From the NCBI GenBank assembly GCA_964481835.1, contig CAYZTT010000003.1, positions 1-48,751 on the forward strand: a DNA stretch of 48,751 bases, in the 5' to 3' direction. The position numbers and the translations under genes are program-made. Source of the stretch: Candidatus Woesearchaeota archaeon. Lineage in GTDB: Archaea; Nanobdellota; Nanobdellia; SCGC-AAA011-G17; PNOQ01. Each line of letters begins with the position of its first letter. Position 1 is the first letter of the stretch. The notes under the pieces were generated by a model. The model searched no databases, was not told where the DNA came from, and saw nothing but the letters and a program-made list of their open reading frames with translations. Positions 7,810 through 19,123 of this stretch are shown piece after piece.

Positions 7810-7992
7810 TTACGTTTTTATTGCATATTCTCCTTTTACTTTAATCCCTGTTTTTTCAGCTATCTCTGATTTTTCTGCGTTGATAATTATGATTTTGCCC
7901 TTCCATGAATCTGTAGATTGTGCATTATCGCAAGCAGGACATTTTTGCCCTTCATATAAAAATTTACATGCCTTACAAGCTTTTTTTGCCAT
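7810..7992 (-). CDS. spt4: transcription elongation factor Spt4 (RpoE'')
   Basis: 60 aa with zinc ribbon CKACKF...CPAC followed by WKGKIIIINAEKSEIA. Lies immediately downstream of rpoE as in other archaea. Confidence 0.85.
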   Translation of the reverse strand: MAKKACKACKFLYEGQKCPACDNAQSTDSWKGKIIIINAEKSEIAEKTGIKVKGEYAIKT

Positions 7993-8552
7993 TATTTTTT
8001 ACCTTTTTCCTTTTGTTTTTTTAACTCTTCTTCAACCCATTTTAGGTTTCCTAGCAAAGGTTGTCTCATTGTTAGACCTATCTTTGGATTGTTTGCCTCT
8101 TTGTATGAAACTGCAATTATTCTTGATCTGCAAATATCATTTACCTTTAATACTCTTTTGGATTCTTTTCCAGTTAGTACATTTTCTTTACTGAATGAAA
8201 CGTAATCGTCCATTGTTTGAGATACGTGAATCATTCCATCAATTGGGCCAATCTCTATGAAGGCACCAAAGTCTGTGATCTCTGAGATTTTACCAAGCAA
8301 TACTTCTTGTAACTCAGGGATGAATGTGAATATACTGAATGTGGTCTCGTAGTGTGCAGCACCGTCTCCAGGAATTATAATTCCCTCTCCGATTTTGTCT
8401 ATTTGTTTTATCCCAATTACGAAACCTAGTTCTTCTGAGACGTAGCCCTCAAATTTCTCATTTAGGCTTTTTAGGACGGATCCATTTACGTCTTCTTTGA
8501 ATAAGTTTGGAGGCACTCTTATGTGCTCTTTTAATTTAACTTCGTAAAACAT
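7992..8552 (-). CDS. rpoE: DNA-directed RNA polymerase subunit E' (Rpo7)
   Basis: MFYEVKLKEHIRVPPNLF N-terminus followed by an S1 domain (GKISEITDFGAFIEIGPIDGMIHVSQ). Confidence 0.9.
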   Translation of the reverse strand: MFYEVKLKEHIRVPPNLFKEDVNGSVLKSLNEKFEGYVSEELGFVIGIKQIDKIGEGIIIPGDGAAHYETTFSIFTFIPELQEVLLGKISEITDFGAFIEIGPIDGMIHVSQTMDDYVSFSKENVLTGKESKRVLKVNDICRSRIIAVSYKEANNPKIGLTMRQPLLGNLKWVEEELKKQKEKGKK

Positions 8553-8580
8553 TTTGCTAGTTTTTTGGGGAGAAGTTTGG

Positions 8581-8588
8581 TTTATAAA
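8581..8588 (-). promoter_or_regulatory. TATA box (TTTATAAA) for the rpoE-spt4-rps24e-rps27ae cluster
   Basis: The octamer lies 28 nt upstream of the rpoE ATG (8552). Confidence 0.4.
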
Positions 8589-8597
8589 GGTTTTTGT

Positions 8598-9746
8598 TTA
8601 TATTGCTTTTAAGTTATTGAGGTAATTAATAGTGCTTCGGGATTCTAGGTATTTAAGGTCAAGTCTTGTAAAGGAGATATAGTTGTATTCATCCCTTTCC
8701 CAGAGTATGCCAATTGTTTTGTCTGAGAGTATCGTCAAATCTGAATATGCGGCAGGTTCGAGGGCAACCATTAGTTCTTTGGGGAAGGTTTCTCCTTCAT
8801 CATAGCTAATTTTGGCTACTAGGTTGTTCCTTTCAGGACCTTTGGGTCCAGACCAAATAATTCGATCTCGATCATCATTCTCTGCTTTAAGTGTTAACCT
8901 TTCAATAGAAGAACTGCATGCAATGGCTTTCCTACTTTGGAATGCTTCTGACCAGGTCTCGCCCCTATCGTCACTAATTGCTTGTAACCTGATATTTCCG
9001 GATACCTGGCGTATATCCATGAGGATTCGACCGTCGTTTAATTCGACTAACTGATTTTCATTTCCTTGATGGCCTCTGGGAACAAATTCTCCCCTGTGCC
9101 AAGTTTCTCCATGATCATCACTGTAAATGGTAAATATATTGTAGGGGGTTTTCCAAGCAGGAAATAGTAATCGTCCATCACTAGTTTGTATGGCCCCCCC
9201 GGGCCCGATTATACTAGAATTCCAATTCCCATCTTCCATGTCCCTAGAAATATTTGTTAAATCGATTTGACTTGACCACGTCAATCCATTGTCTTCGCTG
9301 AAACGTGCAATGGTCTTTAGATCATCTGTCTTTGGTCTTGATGTAAGTGTGCTTTTGCCTGGCTTAGATTGATAATACAACACCCAAACTTTGTTGGTTT
9401 CTTTATCCACAAGTGTTGTAGGATTGGCGGCAGACCAAGCTTCGCCGGGGTCATCGATAACTTCCATTTTTGACCAGCTTTTTCCACTATCTGTACTTCT
9501 TTTTAGGACAAGATCAACATCTTGCTGACCAAATCCCGGATCTTGGCGACCATATTTGCGTGCCTCGGCAAAAGCAAGAAGCGTTCCGTCTGGGGCAGTT
9601 TCAATTGCAGGAATACGATAAAACCAGTACCCTTCCCCCGCAGTATAGACATCGACTTGTTCAACTAAAGAGGGCTGTTGGTTGGTAAGAATTGTGCTTA
9701 CTATTATTAGAATCAATATTATAAAAGCGAATGCAAATTTTTTCAT
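8598..9746 (-). CDS. membrane-anchored exo-alpha-sialidase-like glycoside hydrolase (GH33/BNR beta-propeller)
   Basis: N-terminal TM/signal (FAFAFIILILIIVSTIL). RIP motif in WFYRIPAIETAPDG. Five Asp-boxes (SxDxGxTW): STDSGKSW, SEDNGLTW, SDDHGETW, SDDRGETW, SYDEGETF. Confidence 0.8.
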   Translation of the reverse strand: MKKFAFAFIILILIIVSTILTNQQPSLVEQVDVYTAGEGYWFYRIPAIETAPDGTLLAFAEARKYGRQDPGFGQQDVDLVLKRSTDSGKSWSKMEVIDDPGEAWSAANPTTLVDKETNKVWVLYYQSKPGKSTLTSRPKTDDLKTIARFSEDNGLTWSSQIDLTNISRDMEDGNWNSSIIGPGGAIQTSDGRLLFPAWKTPYNIFTIYSDDHGETWHRGEFVPRGHQGNENQLVELNDGRILMDIRQVSGNIRLQAISDDRGETWSEAFQSRKAIACSSSIERLTLKAENDDRDRIIWSGPKGPERNNLVAKISYDEGETFPKELMVALEPAAYSDLTILSDKTIGILWERDEYNYISFTRLDLKYLESRSTINYLNNLKAI

Positions 9747-10072
9747 TTTATATATTTCTTTTGCCTTATTGTTATTGTTTTTATTTGTTTTTCTTTTAGT
9801 TGTTTTTTTAGTTTCTTATCTTGAGTTGCTACTGAATCTTCCTTTGTTGCTTTTTCGAGAATTAGGTCGTCTACTATTTTATTGCCTTTCGTTTTTATTA
9901 TTTTAAATTTCTTTAATTTTGTTAGTTTTATGGCAGCTTTTGCGTTTAGATTGTTTACTTTTTTTAGTTCGTCTAGAGTTTTGTCTATTATTGTAGGATT
10001 TTTTATTTCTTCTATATTTATTTTGTATTTGATTACGTTTATTAGGAAATCCGTGTCTAGTATTGTTTTCAT
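9743..10072 (-). CDS. PIN-domain protein (Fcf1/Utp24-like endoribonuclease)
   Basis: ILDTDFLINVIKYKI...LDELKK...VDDLILEKATKEDSVATQDKKLKKQLKEK carries the PIN acidic residues in Fcf1-like spacing. ATGA overlap with the sialidase start. Confidence 0.65.
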   Translation of the reverse strand: MKTILDTDFLINVIKYKINIEEIKNPTIIDKTLDELKKVNNLNAKAAIKLTKLKKFKIIKTKGNKIVDDLILEKATKEDSVATQDKKLKKQLKEKQIKTITIRQKKYIK

Positions 10073-10120
10073 GTTCTTGATTTAGGAAACGTTTTTAAAT
10101 ATCTTTTTGTTTTTATTTAT

Positions 10121-11314
10121 ATGAAAAAAGAAGTGATTTTCTTGATATTCCTAGTTATTTGTATGCCTATATCTAATGCGAAGGTTTTGGAGATTCCTAA
10201 TGTCGGGGACAACGAAGAACCCGAACCCTTGAGAGACAGTATTGGAGTTAAGAAATTTGTTTACGCAGGGAATAATATTGTTGCTTCTGTTAAAGATTCT
10301 GAAATAAAATATTATCATAATGGTAGATTAAGTAATAGATTGACAACCAATTCGGCGGGGAATTTGCAAAAATTTAAATCGCTACCCTTTGGCCAGAAAG
10401 TTTCGAATTCCGGGGTAGATTACCCATTTACTGGAAAAGAGGAGGATGAAAGCTCTTTGTATTATTTTGGAGCCAGATATTATGATGATAATTTAGGGAG
10501 GTTTATAAGTGTGGATCCTGTTGAAGAAAATCATGCATATGCGTATGTGGAGAACAATCCAATGAATAAAATAGATCCAAATGGAATGGAAAGCTGGACA
10601 TTGAATCAGCAGAACATATTTGAGGAGCCGCCGGCATGGGTTGGCGAGAAAGTTGGAGAGGTAATATATAATTCTTTGTGGGGGGATGTTAGAGATACTA
10701 ATTCAGAGATAAGATTTTATAATCTCCCTTTTGATGCTTATGGTTTTTCTAACTCTGGAACCGGGGGGGCTTGGGTAGACTTTGGAAGTGGAAATTTGGT
10801 TAATGGCATGGGGATCCATATGTATGAAGATATTGATTTAAGGAGAATGGCGGGAGAATTAAGCTATTTAGAAGATTTGAATGAGAATAAGGAAGAGATT
10901 GCAATTTCGACGATACTTGCCTTGGCAGCGTATGGTATTGCTGCCTCTCCCAGAGGGGTAAAACCTGGAGGGAATTCGCTGAAGGTGGATATTTCCAAAG
11001 CTAATCGGCAAAGTGGTTCTTGGCTTAAAGGCGATTGTCCAAATAGAGTTCCGCCTTGTCAAAATGCCCGATGTACAGATCAAGCGATGCGTTCGGGGGA
11101 ACTCAATGCAAATTCGGGGGGAGGATATAGTCCGCAGGCCAGATATGCTTCTAGGCATGCCCAAAAGATTGCGACAGAGTGTTTTGAGAGTGGAGTTAAT
11201 TGTCCGCTTGCAGGATCATTGGATGAAGCTCTTTCCCTTTTGGAGCAACTAGAGGCACAAGCATATCAACAACAGTTGGCGTTACCTGCTGTTGTGGAGG
11301 GTGTGGAGTTTTAG
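10121..11314 (+). CDS. secreted polymorphic-toxin-like protein 1: signal peptide + minimal RHS repeat-associated core + unique 241-aa C-terminal domain
   Basis: Signal MKKEVIFLIFLVICMPISNA. Core YYHNGRLSNR...SLPFGQ...YPFTGKEEDESSLYYFGARYYDDNLGRFISVDPVEENHAYAYVENNPMNKIDPNGM (RHS-core pattern RYYDxxxGRFxxxDP...NxYxYxxNNPxxxxDPxG). Similarity to the paralogs ends at nt 10588. Confidence 0.8.
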   Translation: MKKEVIFLIFLVICMPISNAKVLEIPNVGDNEEPEPLRDSIGVKKFVYAGNNIVASVKDSEIKYYHNGRLSNRLTTNSAGNLQKFKSLPFGQKVSNSGVDYPFTGKEEDESSLYYFGARYYDDNLGRFISVDPVEENHAYAYVENNPMNKIDPNGMESWTLNQQNIFEEPPAWVGEKVGEVIYNSLWGDVRDTNSEIRFYNLPFDAYGFSNSGTGGAWVDFGSGNLVNGMGIHMYEDIDLRRMAGELSYLEDLNENKEEIAISTILALAAYGIAASPRGVKPGGNSLKVDISKANRQSGSWLKGDCPNRVPPCQNARCTDQAMRSGELNANSGGGYSPQARYASRHAQKIATECFESGVNCPLAGSLDEALSLLEQLEAQAYQQQLALPAVVEGVEF

Positions 11315-11383
11315 GTGCCGTTTATTTTGTAGGTTTTTGATAAAGACGTTAACTTTTTATATTCTATATTTCTTTATTGGTTT

Positions 11384-12544
11384 ATGAAAAAAGAAGTGAT
11401 TTTATTAGTGTTTTTTATCTGTATACCTATTTCTTATGCAGAGGTTATTGATATTCCAGAAACAGGCATGCCTCCTGGTTCGGAAGGGAGATTTGGAACT
11501 ACTAGGTTTGTTTATGCTGGGAATGATATTGTTGCTAGTATCCATGATTCCTATACAAGATACTTTCATCGAGATAGATTGAGTAATAGATTGTTGACTG
11601 GTTCGGTTGATGAAGATATTAGGATGTTTAAGTCGCTGCCTTTTGGGCAAGAAATTGAGAACCAAGAAATAAGTTATCCATTCACTGGAAAAGAGGAAGA
11701 TGAAAGTTCTTTGTATTATTTTGGTGCTAGATACTATGATGACAATTTAGGGAGATTTACTGGCGCAGATCCTGTTTTGGAGAATCATGCTTATTCGTAT
11801 GTTAGAAATAACCCAATGAACCTTATTGATCCTACCGGGATGGATGATAGCAAGGCAAATAAAGTGGAATCCCTGTATTTTTATTCTGTAGATACCTCTG
11901 GGATTTCAAGATACCGGCCCATAGACATGAATCCTCTTTTTATAGATACTTTTGCGACTGATCCTTCAGACACAACTAATATGCGCAGATTTGAAGATTA
12001 TTTAGATTCTATGATTGTCGCAGCTTCTCAAGACACTACTGGGGGCGGGGGCCAATTTGGAGTGGCGGATAGATCTGATTATTATTCTGCTATCTATTTA
12101 GCCGAACCAGATACATTGCATGCAGTTTCTTCATATGATCTTAGTGCAATCCCCATTATTGTGAAGGAATTTGCTGAACAAAATTCTCCTATTGAAAATC
12201 TTATTATTACATTTCATGGCATGCCACTTGATTCGATATGGCAGGCCAATTCAGGCATTGCACAAGATTATGCAGTCTTTGCACAAGCTTCGGATAGTAC
12301 CGCATCCCTTTATTCTGCGGAATCTATGAATGAGATTTTCTTTAACATTGATCCTGCACACCTTGCAGACAATTCTAGGATAATATTTGGGACATGTTAT
12401 GGTTCCTTTTGTGTTGATTCTCAAGCAATCGCAGATTCATTAGATACATCTGTTTATACTGCCACTAGTACTGTTACTGAGAACATACTTATTTATCCCA
12501 CATTAGTTTGGGGAAATTATGATCGGTATCATCCTAAAAATTAG
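11384..12544 (+). CDS. secreted polymorphic-toxin-like protein 2: signal peptide + minimal RHS core + unique 233-aa C-terminal domain (possible His/Cys peptidase)
   Basis: Same N-terminal module (YPFTGKEEDESSLYYFGARYYDDNLGRFTGADPVLENHAYSYVRNNPMNLIDPTGM, ending at nt 11842). The C-terminus is unrelated to copies 1 and 3 and contains LIITFHGMP ... RIIFGTCYGS. Confidence 0.8.
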   Translation: MKKEVILLVFFICIPISYAEVIDIPETGMPPGSEGRFGTTRFVYAGNDIVASIHDSYTRYFHRDRLSNRLLTGSVDEDIRMFKSLPFGQEIENQEISYPFTGKEEDESSLYYFGARYYDDNLGRFTGADPVLENHAYSYVRNNPMNLIDPTGMDDSKANKVESLYFYSVDTSGISRYRPIDMNPLFIDTFATDPSDTTNMRRFEDYLDSMIVAASQDTTGGGGQFGVADRSDYYSAIYLAEPDTLHAVSSYDLSAIPIIVKEFAEQNSPIENLIITFHGMPLDSIWQANSGIAQDYAVFAQASDSTASLYSAESMNEIFFNIDPAHLADNSRIIFGTCYGSFCVDSQAIADSLDTSVYTATSTVTENILIYPTLVWGNYDRYHPKN

Positions 12545-12548
12545 ATTA

Positions 12549-12953
12549 TTATTTCAAATCAACCCTTCTGTACTCAGGGGAAAATTCTGCCTTGCCATCT
12601 TCAACATTTACAACGTACTTTATCTCTAATATGAAATCTTGGTCCCCATAAGTTATTTGGTAAAGATATCCTGGATCAGTATCCAATCCGTTTGGGATGC
12701 TATCTAATCTTCCTGTAGCCAATAGACTGTCTAGAGAATCAATTCTTTGTGCTACTTCTTGGCCAAACTCTATTTCATCCATCCTGGTAGCCAAATAGTG
12801 ATTTAGGGCGATTTCAAGGAATAAATCTTCAAAATTAGGGCATTGGGCACTTTGTACTGTTTCTTGTGTGCTTGGTGCTGAAATTGCGGGAGAAGCTATC
12901 CCTAGCGCTAAGGTAGATAATGTTAATCTCCCAATTAATGCTCCTTTTTTCAT
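12549..12953 (-). CDS. secreted hypothetical protein (134 aa)
   Basis: Signal-like N-terminus MKKGALIGRLTLSTLALGIASPAISA. Acidic mature part with no known motif. Convergent with toxin 2, 4 nt apart. Confidence 0.5.
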   Translation of the reverse strand: MKKGALIGRLTLSTLALGIASPAISAPSTQETVQSAQCPNFEDLFLEIALNHYLATRMDEIEFGQEVAQRIDSLDSLLATGRLDSIPNGLDTDPGYLYQITYGDQDFILEIKYVVNVEDGKAEFSPEYRRVDLK

Positions 12954-13095
12954 CTTAATCTTGTTTTCTAGGCATTATTTATAAGCCTTTCTATTTGTTG
13001 TTTATATTAGTGGTAACACTTCATTTTTAAGTAAAATCTAAGAAATTGAATTTTGGCTGCAGGGGCCTTGAAATGGCCAAATTCTGGCAGAAAGC

Positions 13096-13103
13096 TTTAT
13101 AAA
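13096..13103 (+). promoter_or_regulatory. TATA box (TTTATAAA) upstream of gyrB
   Basis: The octamer lies 40 nt upstream of the gyrB ATG. A second TATA-like GTATAATTTATAG sits nearer the start. Confidence 0.35.
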
Positions 13104-13143
13104 CAAAGGGGTATAATTTATAGTACTTTTAGGGGAAATTTGA

Positions 13144-15048
<1,905 letters not shown>

Positions 15049-15049
15049 G

Positions 15050-17431
15050 ATGGCGGATAAGATTCAGCAAAGGTTAATTGAAGAGGAAATGAAAGACGCT
15101 TACATAGATTATGCTATGTCTGTTATTGTTTCTAGAGCTTTGCCAAATGTTTGTGATGGTTTAAAACCAGTTCATAGAAGAATTTTGTATGCTATGAAAG
15201 ATATGGGTATGCTTCATAATAAACCATTTAAGAAATGTGCAAGAATTGTGGGAGAAGTATTGGGTAAATATCATCCACATAGTGATACTGCAGTTTATGA
15301 TTCATTAGTTAGGATGGCTCAAGATTTTAGTTTAAGATATCCTTTGATTAATGGCCATGGAAATTTTGGAAGTGTTGATGGTGATCGAGCTGCTGCGATG
15401 AGGTATACAGAAGCAAGATTGCAGAAGATGGCTTCGGATTTATTGGAGGATATTGATAAGAATACTGTTGAATACACTGATAACTTTGATGCCTCTCTAA
15501 AAGAACCCGTTGTTTTGCCCAGTAAACTTCCTAATTTAATGATTAATGGGTCTTCGGGAATTGCAGTTGGGATGGCAACAAATATTCCTCCGCACAACGT
15601 TTCAGAGGCATTGGATGCGTGTATTGCATTTGTTGCCAATCAAGAGATTCCGATTAATGAATTGATGAAATATATTAAGGGCCCAGATTTCCCAACCGGA
15701 GGGATCATTTTGGGGAGCAATGGGATAGTCAAGGCGTACAAAACTGGGAGGGGATCTATAAGGATAAGGTCTCGGGTGGACATTGAAGATAATAAATTGA
15801 TTGTATCGGAGATCCCATATCAGGTTAATAAAACAACTTTAATTGAAGGAATTGTAAATCTGGTTAAAGAAAAAAGAGTAGAGGGCATTAGCGATATTAG
15901 GGACGAATCTGATCGTGACGGAATGCGTGTTGTTATCATTTTAAAGAGAAATATCAATCCCGAATTAATTTTGAATCAATTATATAGGCTTTCTCAATTA
16001 GAAGTTAGCTATGGGATGAATATGTTGGCTTTGGTAAATAACCAACCTAAAACTTTGTCTTTGTTTGATATGGTCAAAGAGTTTGTTTTTCATAGAAAGG
16101 ATGTTGTTATTAGAAGAACAAAATTTGATTTGGATAAGGCAGAAAAAAGAGCACATATACTTGAGGGCCTGAAAATTGCCCTGGAAAATATTGATGAAGT
16201 TGTGAGGATTATTAAAGCTAGCAAGGATGTTGAAGGGGCAAGAAGATTATTGATGAGTAAATTTTCATTGTCAGAGAAACAATGCCAAGCCATTTTAGAT
16301 ATGAGGCTGCATAGATTGACTTCTTTGGAGACGAATAAGATAAAAGAAGAATATATAGATTTGATCCGGCTGATTAAGAATCTTAAGGAAATTCTGGCAG
16401 ACGAGAATAAGATCTTCAAGATTATTAAGGAAGAGTTCTTAGAAATGAAGAAGAAATATGGAGATGAGAGAAGAACTGAGTTACTTGATGTTGAAGAAGA
16501 AATTGAGGATGAGGATTTGATTAAGAAGGAAAATGTTGTTGTTACTGTTACTCATGATGGTTATGTAAATAGACTGCCTGTTGAAACCTATAGGCAGCAA
16601 GGTCGTGGTGGAAAGGGTATCAGGGCGACTGGTACCAAAGATGAGGATTTTGTTGAGCATATCTTTACAACTAGTACTCATGACTACTTATTGTTCTTTA
16701 GCAATTTAGGGAGAGTTTATTGGAGCAAAGCATATAGTATCCCGTCTGGATCTAGGTATGCTAAAGGGATGAACTTGGTTAATTTGCTTAGGTTAAGTAA
16801 AGATGAGAAGATTAGGACTGTTATTCCGGTTTCTGACTTTGATTTAGGTTATTTGAATATTATCACTAAAAAAGGTTTAATTAAGAAAACTGCATTGAAA
16901 GAGTATGGTAGGCCTAGAAAGGGAGGAATTGTTGCTGTTAATTTGAAGCAAGGAGATAAGTTAGTTGATGTTATTTTGACTAAGGATGGCGAGGAATTAG
17001 TTGTGGCTACTGCTAGTGGTCGTGCCATTAGATTCAAGGATGAAGCAATTAGGCCTGTTGGTAGAAATTCGATGGGGGTCCGTGCAATTAAGTTAAGGAA
17101 TGATAAGGTTATTGGGGTGGATATTGCTAGGGATTCATTATTGACTATTACTGAAAATGGTTATGGCAAAAGGACAGATATTAAGGAATATAATGTTATT
17201 AATCGTGGCGGCCTAGGAGTAATTAATATCAAGACTTCTGAAAGGAATGGAAAGGCTATTGGGATTAAATCTGTTAAATCTGAGGATGATTTGATGCTGG
17301 TTACTAAGAAGGGTACTTTGATTAGGGTTAGTGCTAAGAATATTTCTAAGATAGGTCGTAATACACAAGGAGTTAGAATTATGAAGTTGGGCAGTGGAGA
17401 CAAAGTTATTTCTGTTGCTAGAGTTTTTTAG
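15050..17431 (+). CDS. gyrA: DNA gyrase subunit A
   Basis: [27 protein letters not shown], active-site region [10 protein letters not shown], and a C-terminal beta-pinwheel with repeated G-rich blades. Starts 1 nt after gyrB. Confidence 0.95.
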   Translation: MADKIQQRLIEEEMKDAYIDYAMSVIVSRALPNVCDGLKPVHRRILYAMKDMGMLHNKPFKKCARIVGEVLGKYHPHSDTAVYDSLVRMAQDFSLRYPLINGHGNFGSVDGDRAAAMRYTEARLQKMASDLLEDIDKNTVEYTDNFDASLKEPVVLPSKLPNLMINGSSGIAVGMATNIPPHNVSEALDACIAFVANQEIPINELMKYIKGPDFPTGGIILGSNGIVKAYKTGRGSIRIRSRVDIEDNKLIVSEIPYQVNKTTLIEGIVNLVKEKRVEGISDIRDESDRDGMRVVIILKRNINPELILNQLYRLSQLEVSYGMNMLALVNNQPKTLSLFDMVKEFVFHRKDVVIRRTKFDLDKAEKRAHILEGLKIALENIDEVVRIIKASKDVEGARRLLMSKFSLSEKQCQAILDMRLHRLTSLETNKIKEEYIDLIRLIKNLKEILADENKIFKIIKEEFLEMKKKYGDERRTELLDVEEEIEDEDLIKKENVVVTVTHDGYVNRLPVETYRQQGRGGKGIRATGTKDEDFVEHIFTTSTHDYLLFFSNLGRVYWSKAYSIPSGSRYAKGMNLVNLLRLSKDEKIRTVIPVSDFDLGYLNIITKKGLIKKTALKEYGRPRKGGIVAVNLKQGDKLVDVILTKDGEELVVATASGRAIRFKDEAIRPVGRNSMGVRAIKLRNDKVIGVDIARDSLLTITENGYGKRTDIKEYNVINRGGLGVINIKTSERNGKAIGIKSVKSEDDLMLVTKKGTLIRVSAKNISKIGRNTQGVRIMKLGSGDKVISVARVF

Positions 17432-18660
17432 ATAATCTCTCCGTAGCCAATTAAACGCCATCTTGCGCCAAGCATTCTAGAAATAGTTACTCTGTCTTGT
17501 TTGAAAGCACAAACTGGTTTTTTTAATTTTAGTTTTATAGAATCTTTTTTTAATTCGGATACAGTTCCCACTGTCGCGGTTGAATTTACATTAAGCATTA
17601 AGATTTCGTTCATTTTTATCGGATCAACTACCAATTCATCTTTTGAACCCACAACTCTTTCTAATAATTGTTGTTTTAGACTAAGCTCTTCTAGTGTATC
17701 AGGCATTTTCCCAGGTAAACCTACAACATTCCCAACTAAAGAATCTGATTTTACTAATGTTGGATCTAACTTAGTTTGAATTCCTGCAGATCCTCCAGGA
17801 GTTATTTCTGGAACTTCTTGATTTCCAGTTATTAGGGATTCAATTTGTGTTTGGATCGGTTCCCAGGTTATCTTATTTTGTTTTTCTGTTTTTATTCCAG
17901 GTTTTATTTCAATCAGATCTCCTTTTTTTAGGACCCCCGTTTTCATAGCACCACCAAGTACCCCCCCTTGAAGATTTTTTAGGATTGTCCCTGGCTTGTT
18001 TATGTCAAATGATCTTGCAACTAAGAATAAAGGATCTTTTTTAGAATCTCTTTCGGGGGTGGGAAATGTTTCTTGTATTGTCTGGATTAAAACGTCTATG
18101 TTAATACTATGTTGTGCTGAAATTGGAATTATTGGAGAATTTTTGAATTTTGTATCTTTTATGAATTCTTTAATTTGTGCATAGTTTTCTAGTACCTTTT
18201 CTTTTTCTACTAGATCTATTTTATTTTGAACTATGATTACATTTTCTATTCCTGCGATTTCTAGTGCCATTAAATGCTCTTTTGTTTGCGGTTGAGGGCA
18301 TTCTTCCGTTGCAGATACCATAAGTAGTGCTGCATCCATAATGGCGGCCCCAGAAAGCATTGTAGCCATTAGAGTTTCATGGCCTGGGGCATCTATGAAA
18401 GAAACTTTTCTTAATGGGATAAATTTTGCTTTTTTTTCAACAGTATAGCATTCTGGCTCTTTCTTGTCAGAGTCCTTATAGAAAGTAGTATCTGCGTAAC
18501 CTAGTCTGATTGTAATCCCTCTTTTTAATTCTTCAGAATGAACGTCTGTCCATTTTCCGGACAATGCTTGGGTCAGGGTTGTTTTTCCGTGATCTACGTG
18601 GCCTACTAAACCAATACTAATTTCTGGTTGTAATTCTTTTGTTTCATTTTTCTTCGCCAC
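17428..18660 (-). CDS. eif2g: translation initiation factor aIF2 subunit gamma
   Basis: [35 protein letters not shown] and NKIDL G motifs, and aIF2-gamma domain order. Confidence 0.9.
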   Translation of the reverse strand: MAKKNETKELQPEISIGLVGHVDHGKTTLTQALSGKWTDVHSEELKRGITIRLGYADTTFYKDSDKKEPECYTVEKKAKFIPLRKVSFIDAPGHETLMATMLSGAAIMDAALLMVSATEECPQPQTKEHLMALEIAGIENVIIVQNKIDLVEKEKVLENYAQIKEFIKDTKFKNSPIIPISAQHSINIDVLIQTIQETFPTPERDSKKDPLFLVARSFDINKPGTILKNLQGGVLGGAMKTGVLKKGDLIEIKPGIKTEKQNKITWEPIQTQIESLITGNQEVPEITPGGSAGIQTKLDPTLVKSDSLVGNVVGLPGKMPDTLEELSLKQQLLERVVGSKDELVVDPIKMNEILMLNVNSTATVGTVSELKKDSIKLKLKKPVCAFKQDRVTISRMLGARWRLIGYGEII

Positions 18661-19120
18661 TTTCTTTTGGTTCCTCTTTAGGAGTCTCTTTTACTTCTTC
18701 TTTCGGAGCTTCCTCTGTCTTTGTTTCTTCTGCTGGCTTTTCTGGTTCTTTTTCTAAACCTAAAATTTTTGGAAGAGTCTCTTTTCCATATTTTTCAACC
18801 TTTAAGTTAATTTGAGAGATTGTTTCATCAATAGTATTTCCATGCATGGTTTTCCTTTGTTGCATTCCTTTGGCCCTTTTCTTTTTTATGCCAACGCCTG
18901 TCACAAGTAGAGGTTTTTTCCTTCCAATGCCTTGTAGGTCAAATCTCATTGGGAATCCTTGTTTATCTGATCCACCAGTTATTGTGAATTCATAACCTTT
19001 GAAACCGAATTCGTCGCCGGAGACTTTTTCTCCGATTTTTTTATTTAAGAATGTATCTGATTCTATTTCTTTCTTGTAAGACTTTTTTGCTTTTACATCA
19101 TTTATTGTTAATTTGAACAT
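18644..19120 (-). CDS. rps6e: 30S ribosomal protein S6e (eS6) with Lys/Glu/Pro-rich tail
   Basis: [33 protein letters not shown] is the S6e signature. The C-terminal PKEE-type low-complexity tail overlaps the eif2g start by 17 nt. Confidence 0.9.
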   Translation of the reverse strand: MFKLTINDVKAKKSYKKEIESDTFLNKKIGEKVSGDEFGFKGYEFTITGGSDKQGFPMRFDLQGIGRKKPLLVTGVGIKKKRAKGMQQRKTMHGNTIDETISQINLKVEKYGKETLPKILGLEKEPEKPAEETKTEEAPKEEVKETPKEEPKESGEEK

Positions 19121-19123
19121 TTT

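Noticed and set aside
11358-11372. 15-mer TATATTCTATATTTC shared between the toxin-2 upstream region and the upstream region of ORF 27272 (27249-27263)
   Set aside because: It is a pure A/T-rich promoter-like sequence. A single 15-nt match is expected by chance in about 49 kb of AT-rich DNA.
13048-13084. Imperfect inverted repeat GAATTTTGGC...GCCAAATTC with an inner GGCC-N7-GGCC upstream of gyrB
   Set aside because: It is short and imperfect with competing pairings. There is no second copy or recognisable operator context, so it is not reportable as a feature.
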